Shown here: positions 16,829 to 27,988 of the stretch, in pieces
Numbering within the stretch: position 1 is the first letter of the stretch
How the letters are laid out: every line of letters starts with the position of its first letter
Source of the DNA: Gemmatimonadales bacterium
GTDB taxonomy: Bacteria > Gemmatimonadota > Gemmatimonadetes > Gemmatimonadales > GWC2-71-9
Direction: 5' to 3'
DNA: 64,000 bases
Assembly: GCA_041615815.1 (NCBI GenBank)
Contig: JBFJCP010000017.1
Coordinates: 1-64,000, forward strand
The notes under the pieces: model-generated
The model's input: only the letters and a program-made list of their open reading frames with translations
What the model was told of the DNA's origin: nothing
The model's database searches: none
Program-made: the position numbers and the translations under genes

Positions 16829-17542
16829 CTACCAGGCGCCTTTCTTGAACACGATGACCGGTAGGGTCCGGAGCATGATCTTGAAGTCTTCCCTCGCGGA
16901 CCGGCGGTTCAAATACTCCAAGTCAAACTTGAGTTTCTTCTTCACGTCCTCGACCGAGGAATCGTAGTGATGCTGCACCTGTGCCCATCCCGTGATCCCG
17001 GGCAGCACGCGCTGCCGCTCCTGATACCGATCGATCCGATCCCGCAGGTGCGCGAAGATCTTTGGCTGCTCCGGCCGAGGTCCCACCAGGTTCATGTCTC
17101 CGCGTAGCACGTTGAACAGCTGAGGGAGCTCGTCCAACCGGTACTTGCGGAGCACGCGCCCCACGGTGGTCACCCTGGGGTCATCCGGACGCGCCCACAC
17201 TTGCACGTCAGGATGCCCGCCGACTTCCATCGTGCGGAACTTGTAGATCGTGAATGGCCTGCCACCGATGTCGGACCGCCGCCGGTGGTTCGTCAACCCC
17301 AAATTCCGCCAGCGCCGGTCCATGCCCACGCGCGTCTGCGCGTACAGCACCGGACCGCGCGAACTCACGCGAATCAGGATTGCGATCAGGAGCATGACCG
17401 GGGCTGCGACGAGGAGTGCCGCGCTCGCGGCGGCCACGTTGAGGACACGGCGAGCCCGCTCGGACCCGTTGTCTGCGTCGACAATGGTGCTCGAGGTCTT
17501 GGGTTCGGCTCGTGTGTAGCTACCGAAATCGATCGACGTCAC
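16829..17542 (-). CDS. Bacterial sugar transferase (priming polyprenyl-phosphate glycosylphosphotransferase, short form)
   Basis: YKFRTM, DDPRVT, LDELPQLFNVLRGDMNLVGPRPE and PGITGWAQV. Confidence 0.92.
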   Translation of the reverse strand: MTSIDFGSYTRAEPKTSSTIVDADNGSERARRVLNVAAASAALLVAAPVMLLIAILIRVSSRGPVLYAQTRVGMDRRWRNLGLTNHRRRSDIGGRPFTIYKFRTMEVGGHPDVQVWARPDDPRVTTVGRVLRKYRLDELPQLFNVLRGDMNLVGPRPEQPKIFAHLRDRIDRYQERQRVLPGITGWAQVQHHYDSSVEDVKKKLKFDLEYLNRRSAREDFKIMLRTLPVIVFKKGAW

Positions 17543-17613
17543 TCACCCCACCTGGTCTCTGCTTCGTTTCGGCGCCCGAGCACGAAGGGAGGGCGCGCAC
17601 GCCGTGGGGGAGG

Positions 17614-17680
17614 TGCAAGCCGCGTGCGCATTGTGGCACGAGATTGTGTGACGCTTAAGCTATTGTGTTGGTTTTGCTTA
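17614..17680 (-). promoter_or_regulatory. Sigma-54-like promoter (degenerate -24) plus IHF-like site
   Basis: Minus-strand GCGCACGCGGCTTGCA at 17614-17629, and TAAGCTATTGTGTTGGTTTTGCTTA at 17656-17680. Confidence 0.4.
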
Positions 17681-17781
17681 GGTTCTGCGGTGCTGCCAAG
17701 GTGGCTGGCGGTGCCGTAGCGGTCCGACCGCTATTGTCGGGCAAGTCCTACAAAACTCGTGATCTGGCTCACATAAGTGAG

Positions 17782-18885
17782 CTACTGGTGGTGGGTCGGT
17801 TGGAGGTGCACTTCGAAGTAAAACCGAGTGCCCCAGCCGGGTTTGGTTTCGACGCGGAGCTCGGCGCCCATGGCTTCGACGAGCTTGCGGCTGAGCGCGA
17901 GGCCCAGGCCAGTGCCTGAGAAGGCGTATCCATCGCCCGTGGCTGCGCGGCGGAACGGCAGGTACAGCGTTTCGAGTGCCTTGGGGCTGATGCCGTTTCC
18001 CGAATCCCGCACCGAGAACTCCACTTCGGACCGACCCCGTTTGCGGGCATCGATCCGCACGAAGCCCTCTTCGGTGAACTTGAGCGCGTTGGTCGTGAGG
18101 TTGAGCAACACGCGGCTGAGGGCCTGTGGGTGTCCCAGGCGGTGGTCTTCGATGGGATGCGCGATCTGCACCGAGAGCCCTTTTTCCTCCGCGATGGGAC
18201 GGACGATGTCGTGCACGGATTCGAGAATCTCGCGGACCGAGAAGGGGCTCGGCTCTTCTTCGGCGAGCCGGTTTCCGCCGCGAGCCATCTCGATCACGTT
18301 GCTCGACATCGTGCTGAGCCCCAGCGCGGCGGAATAGACCAAGCCGAGCTGCCGATGTTGTAACTCGTTGACCTCACCGCTACGGCCACGCTGCAGCATT
18401 TCGGCGAGAAACAGAATGGAGGTGAGGGGCGAGCGAAGGTCGTGGGCGACCTCTACCACGAGCTCGAGACCGCCGGGTCCGGCGAGGCGACTCGCGAAAT
18501 ATTGGTCCCAGTTGGGCTCGATCGTCTGCTGCACCGCCTCGAACCGATGCAGGGTGTAGAGGACGTCGGCGACGCTGGGGCTGTCGTCCTGGGCCCGCCA
18601 ATGCCGAATGACCTCGCTGCGGAGCAGCTCGAGTAAGCGGCGGCCTACGACGGACTTGAGGCGTGGATCGGGTTGGGCGCTCGGCGGTGCGCCGGAGATG
18701 GCTCGGACGATCCCGTGCAACAGCTCCGACACCTCCTCGCTGCTCGCGGTGTCACCGACCTGGTTGGACCACCCGGCTGCCACTCGCTCCGCTGCCGCCT
18801 CGAGACTGGGGCTGAGTGCCGGACCCGAGTCCGTCGGTTCGGCAGCTCCCGGAGTGGTGGTTCGACGCTCGGTGGCTGATTTCAT
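17782..18885 (-). CDS. Sensor histidine kinase without obvious TM segments
   Basis: H-box VAHDLRSPL, N-box NLTTNALKF, G1 DSGNGI and G2 GTGLGL. Confidence 0.9.
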   Translation of the reverse strand: MKSATERRTTTPGAAEPTDSGPALSPSLEAAAERVAAGWSNQVGDTASSEEVSELLHGIVRAISGAPPSAQPDPRLKSVVGRRLLELLRSEVIRHWRAQDDSPSVADVLYTLHRFEAVQQTIEPNWDQYFASRLAGPGGLELVVEVAHDLRSPLTSILFLAEMLQRGRSGEVNELQHRQLGLVYSAALGLSTMSSNVIEMARGGNRLAEEEPSPFSVREILESVHDIVRPIAEEKGLSVQIAHPIEDHRLGHPQALSRVLLNLTTNALKFTEEGFVRIDARKRGRSEVEFSVRDSGNGISPKALETLYLPFRRAATGDGYAFSGTGLGLALSRKLVEAMGAELRVETKPGWGTRFYFEVHLQPTHHQ

Positions 18886-19062
18886 CCCCTCGGTCCGGCG
18901 CGAGTCTGTTCGTTGGAGCGGTAGGGTGTTGCAATGAATATCCTGTCAGGGCAACCGGCAAGGGGCAAGGATCTGCTCTCGATGGGCGCGCGCCGAAGGT
19001 ATTGACGGACGATCCCCCCCCTGTGACACCGGGCACACCCCGACGTGGCCTACCGAATGGGT

Positions 19063-20580
19063 CTACTCGCTCTCGACCATGATGGTCTCTCGCTGCAGAC
19101 CGTGCTTCTCCATGAGCCGATACAGCGTGGTGCGATCGACACCGGCGATACGTGCTGCTTTGGACATGTTGCCGTTGGCCCGATTCACCAGTGCAGTGAG
19201 GTACCGCAGCTCGAACTCCGCCAACACCCGCTCGCGTGCGTTGTGATACGATTCTTCCTCGAGGTCGACCGGGAGCGAGAATGCGGCTTGGTCGGGCGAG
19301 GCCACTTCTTCTCCGATGAACGGCAGGTGGTCGGCGAGGATCGGTGATCCCGGATCGGCCAGCACCACGGCGTGCTCGATGACGTTCTGCAGTTCACGGA
19401 CGTTGCCACGCCACGGATACGAGCCGAGGGCCCGGAGCGCCGAATCTGAGAGCGAGGGCATCGTGAGTCCCTGATCCCTGTGTCGACCCCAGTAGTGGCG
19501 CAGGAAGTGATTGGCGAGCAGCGGAATGTCTTGCTTGCGTTCGCGCAATGGCGGTAATTGGATGGGCACGACGCGCAGGCGATAGTACAGGTCTTCCCGG
19601 AGGATCCCCTCGTCGCATGCCTCTTGGGGATCACGATTCGTCGCTGCGATGAAGCGAACGTTGACCACGGCGTCGATGTTCTCGCTGCCGACCCGCCGCA
19701 CCACCCCGTCCTGAATCACCCGCAGCAGCTTCGCCTGGATCGGCTTGGACATCTCGGTGACTTCATCGAGGAACATCGTCCCACCGTTGGCCGTCTCGAG
19801 GAGACCGGGCTTGTCACGCACGGCGCCGGTGAAGGCGCCTTTGCGGTGTCCGAACATTTCTGATTCGAGCAGGGTCTCGGGAAGCGCGGCGCAGTTCACG
19901 GCCACCAGGGGGCGGCTGGAGCGCCGACTGTGGTGGTGGATGAACTGTGCGATCAGCTCCTTGCCCGTCCCGCTCTCGCCAATGATGAAGACGGACGCGT
20001 CCGTGCGGGCCACCTTACGGGCGAGGTCGATCGCCCGGCGGAAGCCGGGCGCGGCGCCGAGAACCGTGACCTTTTCGCTATGGCCGTGCTGGCGCGCCGA
20101 GGCCTCGTGTAGTTCCTTCGATTCGCGGGCCACCAACACGGCGTGAGCCGCTCGCCCGATCAGGATCTGCAGCTGGGTGGCGGAAAACGGCTTGGGCAAG
20201 TAATCCCAGGCACCGGCCCGCAGCGCCTCCACACTGGAGGCCACACTGGGGTTGCCGGTCATGATGATGACGATGGTGTCGGGATTCTTGTTGAGGGTCG
20301 CCTCGAGGAGCTTCATGCCCGGGACGTCGGACATATACAGGTCGATGAGGACGATATCGAAATCCCGGCGCTGCAGGATGTCGATGGCCTCTTTGCCCTT
20401 GCCGCACACCTCGACGCTGTAGCCCTCGGTCCCGAGGAACGTCCGGCAACTCTCGCGGAGCGTTCGCTCGTCGTCGATGATGAGCGCCCGGAGACTCAGT
20501 TTGGCCTCGCGGTCCAACTCCGAGAATTGGGGCAGCGTGTCGCGCGGGGCGCTATCTGTCATGTCTGGGGACGCCGGCAT
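19063..20580 (-). CDS. Sigma-54-dependent response regulator (NtrC/AtoC family: REC-AAA+-HTH)
   Basis: IIDDE/DLYM receiver, GESGTGKE, intact GAFTGA, FLDEV, WRGNVREL and HTH AARIAGVDRTTLYR. GGAGG SD before ATG 20580. Confidence 0.93.
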   Translation of the reverse strand: MPASPDMTDSAPRDTLPQFSELDREAKLSLRALIIDDERTLRESCRTFLGTEGYSVEVCGKGKEAIDILQRRDFDIVLIDLYMSDVPGMKLLEATLNKNPDTIVIIMTGNPSVASSVEALRAGAWDYLPKPFSATQLQILIGRAAHAVLVARESKELHEASARQHGHSEKVTVLGAAPGFRRAIDLARKVARTDASVFIIGESGTGKELIAQFIHHHSRRSSRPLVAVNCAALPETLLESEMFGHRKGAFTGAVRDKPGLLETANGGTMFLDEVTEMSKPIQAKLLRVIQDGVVRRVGSENIDAVVNVRFIAATNRDPQEACDEGILREDLYYRLRVVPIQLPPLRERKQDIPLLANHFLRHYWGRHRDQGLTMPSLSDSALRALGSYPWRGNVRELQNVIEHAVVLADPGSPILADHLPFIGEEVASPDQAAFSLPVDLEEESYHNARERVLAEFELRYLTALVNRANGNMSKAARIAGVDRTTLYRLMEKHGLQRETIMVESE

Positions 20581-20665
20581 CCAACCGCCTCCGTCGTGGT
20601 GTGAGCAACCTGTCTGGTGCCCGGGCCCGTCCAATAGGGACGCGAGCGGGTTCGAGACCCCCCGA

Positions 20666-20681
20666 TGCAGACATCGGGCCG
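20666..20681 (-). promoter_or_regulatory. Sigma-54-like promoter facing the activator gene
   Basis: Minus-strand CGGCCCGATGTCTGCA (GG-N10-GC). It overlaps the palindrome CCCGATG-caga-CATCGGG. Confidence 0.45.
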
Positions 20682-20752
20682 ACGGAACCAAACGCGAACC
20701 GAGGGGGAATCGCCTTGGAAACCCCCAACTTAGCGGGAGCAGAATCTGGGGT

Positions 20753-20811
20753 TGTTGCTCCAACGCAACGGTGAAACGCAGAACATATGGGAATGTTGCA
20801 TCAGTGCAACG
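20753..20811. promoter_or_regulatory. Tandem candidate enhancer sites
   Basis: TGTTGC-tccaac-GCAACG (20753-20770) and TGTTGC-atcagt-GCAACG (20794-20811), 41 bp apart. Confidence 0.65.
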
Positions 20812-20912
20812 GAGTGCGCACCTGTGGGGACGGGCCTGCGGCATGGATGGCGCACGAAGGAGGTTGACGGGGCAATTTTGGGGGTCGTCCCCCGGCTATC
20901 GCTGCGGCGCGC

Positions 20913-20928
20913 CGGTATTACACTTGCT
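20913..20928 (+). promoter_or_regulatory. Sigma-54 promoter for wzc
   Basis: CGGTATTACACTTGCT (GG-N10-GC). Confidence 0.6.
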
Positions 20929-21041
20929 ACAGGCGAATCTAGCCTAGTCATTAAGACGTGAACGGTGGGTCTCGCTGGGGGTCATGAAGGAGCGCTTCGG
21001 AGCGCCCCCCTCCGGCGAATCGAAAGGAGCGCCACGCTTAG

Positions 21042-23444
21042 ATGGTAAACGAACTACCTCCGGGGAACGAGAGTCCCACCCCACCTTCCCCGGTGGCGCC
21101 ACAGTCGGCGCTCACGACGCCGGGTGATTTCACCACGTCCCGGTTTGCCAGTGAGGCCAGCGCCACCGACTGGCGGCGTTATCTCACCGCGCTGGCTCGG
21201 AACAAGTGGCTCGTCGCCGTCTGCACGGCGGCGGGGGTCATTGGCGGGATCGTGGGGACGCGGTTTATGCGGCCGACGTATTCGGCCCACGCCACCGTCT
21301 GGGTGGAGCAACCGGGTCGGGAGTCGCGCTCCGAGGGCCCGTTCCAGTCCGCACAGCTGTTGGCCAGCAACGGATGGGTGGATCTGTTCACGTCCTGGAG
21401 TGTGTTGGATGCGGCCGTCGAGAATCGTCGGCTCTACCTCCGGCCGCGCAATCACCGGGATACCCTGTTGTTTTCCGGGTTCCAAATCCGGGAGCAGTTC
21501 CGTCCCGGCACGTACCGGATCGCCCGGGACGAGTCCGGTCAGTCATTTACGCTGATGACGGTGGAAGGGAACGTGATCGAGCGCGTCCCCGCGGGAGACT
21601 CGATTGGCGAGCCCGTCGGGTTCGCATGGGCGCCGCTCGGCGAAGCACTGCCCCCCGGCCGGACGGTCGAGTTCAACGTCACCACACCGCGCGACGCGGC
21701 CATCGGATTGTCGAATCAGCTGCGCGTGGAGAGTGATCGTGAGCAGACGTTTATCCGCGTCGAGTTGCGGGGCGGGAGCCCTCCGCGGGTCGCCGGGACG
21801 GTCAACGCCGTCGTGGATCGCTATGTCGAGGTCGCCACGGAGCTCAAGCGCGAGAAATCCACCGAGTTGATGGGGATTCTGCAGAGTCAGCTGGCGCGCG
21901 CCGCGAGTAACCTCGATCGTGCGGAGCGGGCACTGGAGAATTTCCGCGCTCGCACCATCACGTTGCCGTCCGATCCGTTTCCCGTGGCTCCCGGACTCGA
22001 CGAAACGCAGGACCCCGTGTTCAACAACTTCTTCAATATGAAGATCGAGGCCGAGCAGCTCCGCCGCGATCGCGCTTCGATCCAGCGCGTGCTCGCGGCC
22101 TCGGATTCCGGCATCTCCACAGACGCGCTGGAAGTGATTGGCGCGGTGCAGAACTCGAGCGCCCTCACCGGCGCCCTGAGCGAACTGACCGAGCGGCGCG
22201 CACAACTTCGGGCGCTGCGGAACAAGTACACGGACGAGTATGCCCCGGTCAGGCGTCTGGCCTCCGAGATCGAAACGTTGGAACAGCGCTCGATCCCTGC
22301 GTTGGCTCGGGCGCTCGTCTCCGAGTTGCAGACGCGAGAGTCGGAGATGACGGATCGGATCACGTCCGCGTCGCGCGAGCTTCAGCAGATTCCCGGGCGC
22401 TCGGTCGAGGAAGCGCGCTTGCGTCGGGAAGTCGCGATCGCCGAACAGCTCTACACCGACCTGCAGGGGCGCTACGAGGAGGCGCGTCTGGCCGCGGCCA
22501 GCACCCTGCCCGATGTTCGGGTGCTGGACCGGGCGGTGATTCCCGAGCGTCCACTGCGCAATCGCGGGCCGCAGATCCTGTTCCTGGGGATGTTCGCGGG
22601 TCTCGGATTGGGTGTGCTCGCGGCCCTGCTGCTCGACCGGGTGGACCGTCGGGTGCGCTACCCCGAGCAGGTCACGATGGAGATGGGACTCCCCATTCTG
22701 GGCGTCGTCCCCTTCATGAAGGGAAGTCGCAACGGCCTCCGCGCGCAGGATGCCGCACCGGTCATCGAGGCCATCAGGGGGATTCGCCTGAACCTCGTGC
22801 ACGCGTACGGGACCGCCGGTCCTCTGCTGATCACGATCACCAGTCCGGGCACAGGAGACGGAAAGTCCTTCGTGGCGTCCAACCTCGCATTGGCGTTTGC
22901 GGACGCGGGACATCGCACGCTCCTCGTCGACGGCGACGTTCGACGGGGCGCGCTGCACCGCGTGGTGAACGCGCAGCGGAAGCCCGGCCTCACGGACATG
23001 CTGGCCGGGAAGTCCAGCCGCGAGGACTGTATTCAGGAGACGGAATACCAGTCCCTGGAGTTCATCGGCTGTGGCACCCGCTTGTCGGGTGCGCCCGAGC
23101 TCCTCGGCTCGCCATCGATGGCGCAGCTGGTGACGAGCCTCAGGTCGCGCTACGGCGTGATCATCGTGGATAGTCCGCCCCTCGGCGCCGGCGTGGACGC
23201 GTTCGCCCTCGGCACCGTGACCGGCAACGCCGTCATCGTGTTGCGCACGGGTGCCACCGATCGCGAGATGGCCGAGGCCAAACTGGATGTCCTGGACCGA
23301 CTGCCGATCCGCGTGATCGGGGCGGTGCTCAACGGCGTCCGCGAGAACAATGTCTACCGGTACTACTCGTATTACTTGCCGGGGTACGAGTACGAAGAAG
23401 ACGAGGAAGGTGGGGAGACGAAGCTCCTCGACCGGGTGAGCTAG
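21042..23444 (+). CDS. wzc: Polysaccharide co-polymerase / BY-kinase (Wzc/GumC-type tyrosine autokinase)
   Basis: Two TMs flanking a coiled-coil, Walker A SPGTGDGKS, LVDGDVRR, IVDSPP and a C-terminal Tyr cluster YRYYSYYLPGYEY. Confidence 0.92.
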   Translation: MVNELPPGNESPTPPSPVAPQSALTTPGDFTTSRFASEASATDWRRYLTALARNKWLVAVCTAAGVIGGIVGTRFMRPTYSAHATVWVEQPGRESRSEGPFQSAQLLASNGWVDLFTSWSVLDAAVENRRLYLRPRNHRDTLLFSGFQIREQFRPGTYRIARDESGQSFTLMTVEGNVIERVPAGDSIGEPVGFAWAPLGEALPPGRTVEFNVTTPRDAAIGLSNQLRVESDREQTFIRVELRGGSPPRVAGTVNAVVDRYVEVATELKREKSTELMGILQSQLARAASNLDRAERALENFRARTITLPSDPFPVAPGLDETQDPVFNNFFNMKIEAEQLRRDRASIQRVLAASDSGISTDALEVIGAVQNSSALTGALSELTERRAQLRALRNKYTDEYAPVRRLASEIETLEQRSIPALARALVSELQTRESEMTDRITSASRELQQIPGRSVEEARLRREVAIAEQLYTDLQGRYEEARLAAASTLPDVRVLDRAVIPERPLRNRGPQILFLGMFAGLGLGVLAALLLDRVDRRVRYPEQVTMEMGLPILGVVPFMKGSRNGLRAQDAAPVIEAIRGIRLNLVHAYGTAGPLLITITSPGTGDGKSFVASNLALAFADAGHRTLLVDGDVRRGALHRVVNAQRKPGLTDMLAGKSSREDCIQETEYQSLEFIGCGTRLSGAPELLGSPSMAQLVTSLRSRYGVIIVDSPPLGAGVDAFALGTVTGNAVIVLRTGATDREMAEAKLDVLDRLPIRVIGAVLNGVRENNVYRYYSYYLPGYEYEEDEEGGETKLLDRVS

Positions 23445-23481
23445 CCGGCGAGCGTCGCCGAGCCAAGTACAGTGGGGTCGG

Positions 23482-24417
23482 TTACAGGCTGGTGGCGCCC
23501 GTGGATTCGAAGGGTGCGATCCACTGGCCGTTGCCGTCACCGCGAGACCGTCGAAGCGCCGCTGCCGCGTGGCCCAACAGATCGAGGGCGCCGAGCGGCG
23601 CTTCGCGCACGTTGGTCACCGCGTCGTACCCCGCCCGCAGTCGCATGGGTGTCGCGTCGTGCCCGTTGGCGCCCGGCATGGTCTTGATCGCGGCGCCCAA
23701 GCGTTCCGCCAGCTTCACGGCACCCGTGGCGTCGGTCTCCGGCGCGACGATCGCGAACTCCGTTTTTCCCCAGCGCCCAATCGCGTCCGAGATGCGGCCG
23801 AAGTTGCGGAAGGCACGCCCCAACTGGTGGACGGCCTGTCGGACGACGTCTTCCGGCTCGTTTCCTTGCAGGTCCGGCGCAAACACGACACACGCCAGCG
23901 ACCCATGCGCTCGGAAGGCCTGGGAGCCCAGCTCGCGCGCCCGACGCTCGAGCCCGCGCTGGTTGTAGAGGCCGGTGAGCTCGTCGACGAGGCAGTCGTC
24001 CTTCATGCGGTCCGTCTCGACCTTGGCCCGCACGTAGGTCCCGAGCCTGAGAAGCATCTCTTCCGGATCGAACGGGTGCGCCAGGAAATCCCACGCGCCG
24101 GCGCGCATCGCCTCGAGGCGCTGCTGCCGCGTGGGATGTTCCACGGCCGTGACGATGATCGGCGTGCGGCCCAATACCGGATCGTCCCGCAGGGAGCGGC
24201 ACAGGGTGAGGCCGTCACCGTCGGGGAGGCTGGCGTCGACCACCAGCAGGTCGGGCTGCTCAGCCTGGGCTCGCTCCAGACCCTTGGCTCCGGTATAGGC
24301 GCGCATCACCGCGTACCCGCTCGGAGCGAGGATGCTCTCCAGAGACCGGGTGGACCACTCGTGGTCGTCGATGATGAGTACCAGCGGAGGCCGCGCGTCA
24401 CTGAGACGATGTGCCAT
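23482..24417 (-). CDS. Response regulator with a degenerate GGDEF domain
   Basis: Receiver IIDDH...VVDASLP, then DELTGLYN, and GRWGKTEF at the GG(D/E)EF position. Confidence 0.82.
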   Translation of the reverse strand: MAHRLSDARPPLVLIIDDHEWSTRSLESILAPSGYAVMRAYTGAKGLERAQAEQPDLLVVDASLPDGDGLTLCRSLRDDPVLGRTPIIVTAVEHPTRQQRLEAMRAGAWDFLAHPFDPEEMLLRLGTYVRAKVETDRMKDDCLVDELTGLYNQRGLERRARELGSQAFRAHGSLACVVFAPDLQGNEPEDVVRQAVHQLGRAFRNFGRISDAIGRWGKTEFAIVAPETDATGAVKLAERLGAAIKTMPGANGHDATPMRLRAGYDAVTNVREAPLGALDLLGHAAAALRRSRGDGNGQWIAPFESTGATSL

Positions 24418-24514
24418 GATGATCGCTAATCCGTTCTCCTGGGCGGCAATACGGTAATGTCGGGATGGTCGGCTCGCAATGCCTGCACGGTTCATACCCT
24501 ATCAACGTGTCCGC

Positions 24515-24683
24515 CAACCCGTTGAGTTCCAGCGCCCTAAACAATGCCCTGGTCCCACGCAATCGCTGCGAGTGCCCCACAACGATATTGCTGCCTGCCG
24601 CGGAGGCGCAACGTGATCCAGAGCACAGGGGTCATGAGGACGGTGCCCACAAGCGACGTAACTCGTTGTTTTGCAACGAACTG
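24515..24683. promoter_or_regulatory. Regulatory region with two IHF-like sites and a candidate enhancer
   Basis: CAACCCGTTGAGTTCCAGCGCCCTA (24515-24539), TGCCGC-ggaggc-GCAACG (24596-24613) and TAACTCGTTGTTTTGCAACGAACTG (24659-24683). Confidence 0.45.
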
Positions 24684-25027
24684 CAGTCTTTCTGCCACCG
24701 CGTGGATGTTCGGGTCTCGAATTTGACATTCGAGTGGTCGGTACGCCAAACGGGCAAACGTTGACGACGGGAGGACATCCACGCGTGCTGTGCGAACGCT
24801 GTAACAGCCAAACACCAGATCATCGGGCCATCGGGTTCGATCGCTCGATGCCCACGTTCCGCCCGGCGGATCGACCGCTCGCCCGGTATTGCGCGCGATG
24901 TGGTGGCTCCTTCAGCCCGGCGGACCCTTTGGATGCGATGCTCCGCAAGTTGACGCAACTGGCCCGATTTGGTCTTGGCGCCGGTGGCGGTCCGCTGCTG
25001 ATTTCGTCGCGCAAGGACGGTTGAGAT

Positions 25028-26854
<1,827 letters not shown>

Positions 26855-26901
26855 CGGGGTCACTTCGAGCGTCCCTTTGAGAATCTGTCGCTCCTGCCGC
26901 T

Positions 26902-26934
26902 CCTGCCGCCCGATGTTTGGGCCGCGGCGGCAGG
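26902..26934 (+). terminator. Stem-loop downstream of glmS
   Basis: CCTGCCGCC-N15-GGCGGCAGG, with no U-tract. Confidence 0.35.
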
Positions 26935-26968
26935 CTCACGACGTCTGCCAAGCATATGACCTGATGCC

Positions 26969-27979
26969 ATGAACCGATTCTACGTCGTCGGAGGCAAACA
27001 GAAGCGGGGAGCCACGGGAAAGACCCCGGAGTGGCAGATGTGGGGTGGGGGATTGGTGGTCGAAGTGGATCTCACCAACGGCGAGGTGAGCCAGCGCGCG
27101 CACTATCTTTCACCTCCCGAGGTGTGTGCCGTCGAGGAGAACCCCTCAATCGTCTTCAAGGCGGGCACGTTGGTGGGCGATCGGCTCTATGTCTGCACCC
27201 AGACCGAGCTCTTGATCTATGCCGTGCCATCCTTCGAGCAGGTGGGCTACGTCACGCTCCCGCGCTTCAACGATGTCCATCATGTGCGTCCCACGGCTCA
27301 TGGAACGCTGATGGTGGCCAATACGGGGCTCGATACGGTCGTCGAGGTTTCGCCGGATGGAGAAGTGCGGCGGGAGTGGAGTGTGTTGGGCGAGGACGTG
27401 TGGGCCCGATTCTCGCAGGATGTGGACTACCGGCGGGTGGCGACGACCAAGCCGCACCACGCCCACCCGAACTTCGTGTTTGAAGTTGCTGGTGAGTACT
27501 GGGTGACGCGCTTCATACAGCGGGACGCCATCTGTCTTACCCGTCCCGGGGGACGGATCCCCATCGAGGGAGCGCCGAATCACGACGGCGAGGTGTTGGG
27601 GCATCGGGTCTACTTCACGAGCGTCGACGCCCACGTCGTGATCGCCGACGTCGAGACCCAGCGGGTGGAGCGCGTGATCGATCTGAACGCCATCGGCGAT
27701 TCGGATCGGCCGCTCGGGTGGTGCCGGGGACTCGCGGTGCTGGATGAGGACCATGTTGCGGTGGGGTTCTCGAGGCTCCGGCCCACGAAGTTCCGCGAGA
27801 ACGTGCGCTGGTTGAAGCACAAACTCGGCGGTTCGGGCATGGGACTCGCACCCACGCGGATTGCCGTCTTCGATCTGAAACACGGCAAGCTCTGCTGGGA
27901 GCGTGACCTAGAGCCGGCGGGCATGAACATCGTCTTTTCCGTACATTCGGTCGAGGAATCGACCGATTCGACAAGTTAA
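26969..27979 (+). CDS. Uncharacterised beta-propeller protein with His-rich motifs
   Basis: Repeated short beta strands, NDVHHV, HHAHPN, NHDG and GWCRGL. No clear signal peptide. Confidence 0.7.
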   Translation: MNRFYVVGGKQKRGATGKTPEWQMWGGGLVVEVDLTNGEVSQRAHYLSPPEVCAVEENPSIVFKAGTLVGDRLYVCTQTELLIYAVPSFEQVGYVTLPRFNDVHHVRPTAHGTLMVANTGLDTVVEVSPDGEVRREWSVLGEDVWARFSQDVDYRRVATTKPHHAHPNFVFEVAGEYWVTRFIQRDAICLTRPGGRIPIEGAPNHDGEVLGHRVYFTSVDAHVVIADVETQRVERVIDLNAIGDSDRPLGWCRGLAVLDEDHVAVGFSRLRPTKFRENVRWLKHKLGGSGMGLAPTRIAVFDLKHGKLCWERDLEPAGMNIVFSVHSVEESTDSTS

Positions 27980-27988
27980 GGTGGTACC

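Noticed and set aside
17782..20580. PEP-CTERM/exosortase PrsK-PrsR system
   Set aside because: No exosortase or PEP-CTERM tail is in the window, and the kinase lacks a membrane sensor domain.
21543..23540. Long alternative-frame ORFs (e.g. 4324-5868 -, 21543-23540 -, 24632-26203 -, 32002-33435 -, 38262-40079 -, 45173-46945 +)
   Set aside because: These are shadow ORFs over well-supported genes in high-GC DNA and have no recognisable motifs.
24671..25027. Possible small ORF or glmS ribozyme upstream of glmS
   Set aside because: No coding signature, and I could not recognise the ribozyme core by eye. An Rfam scan would settle it.
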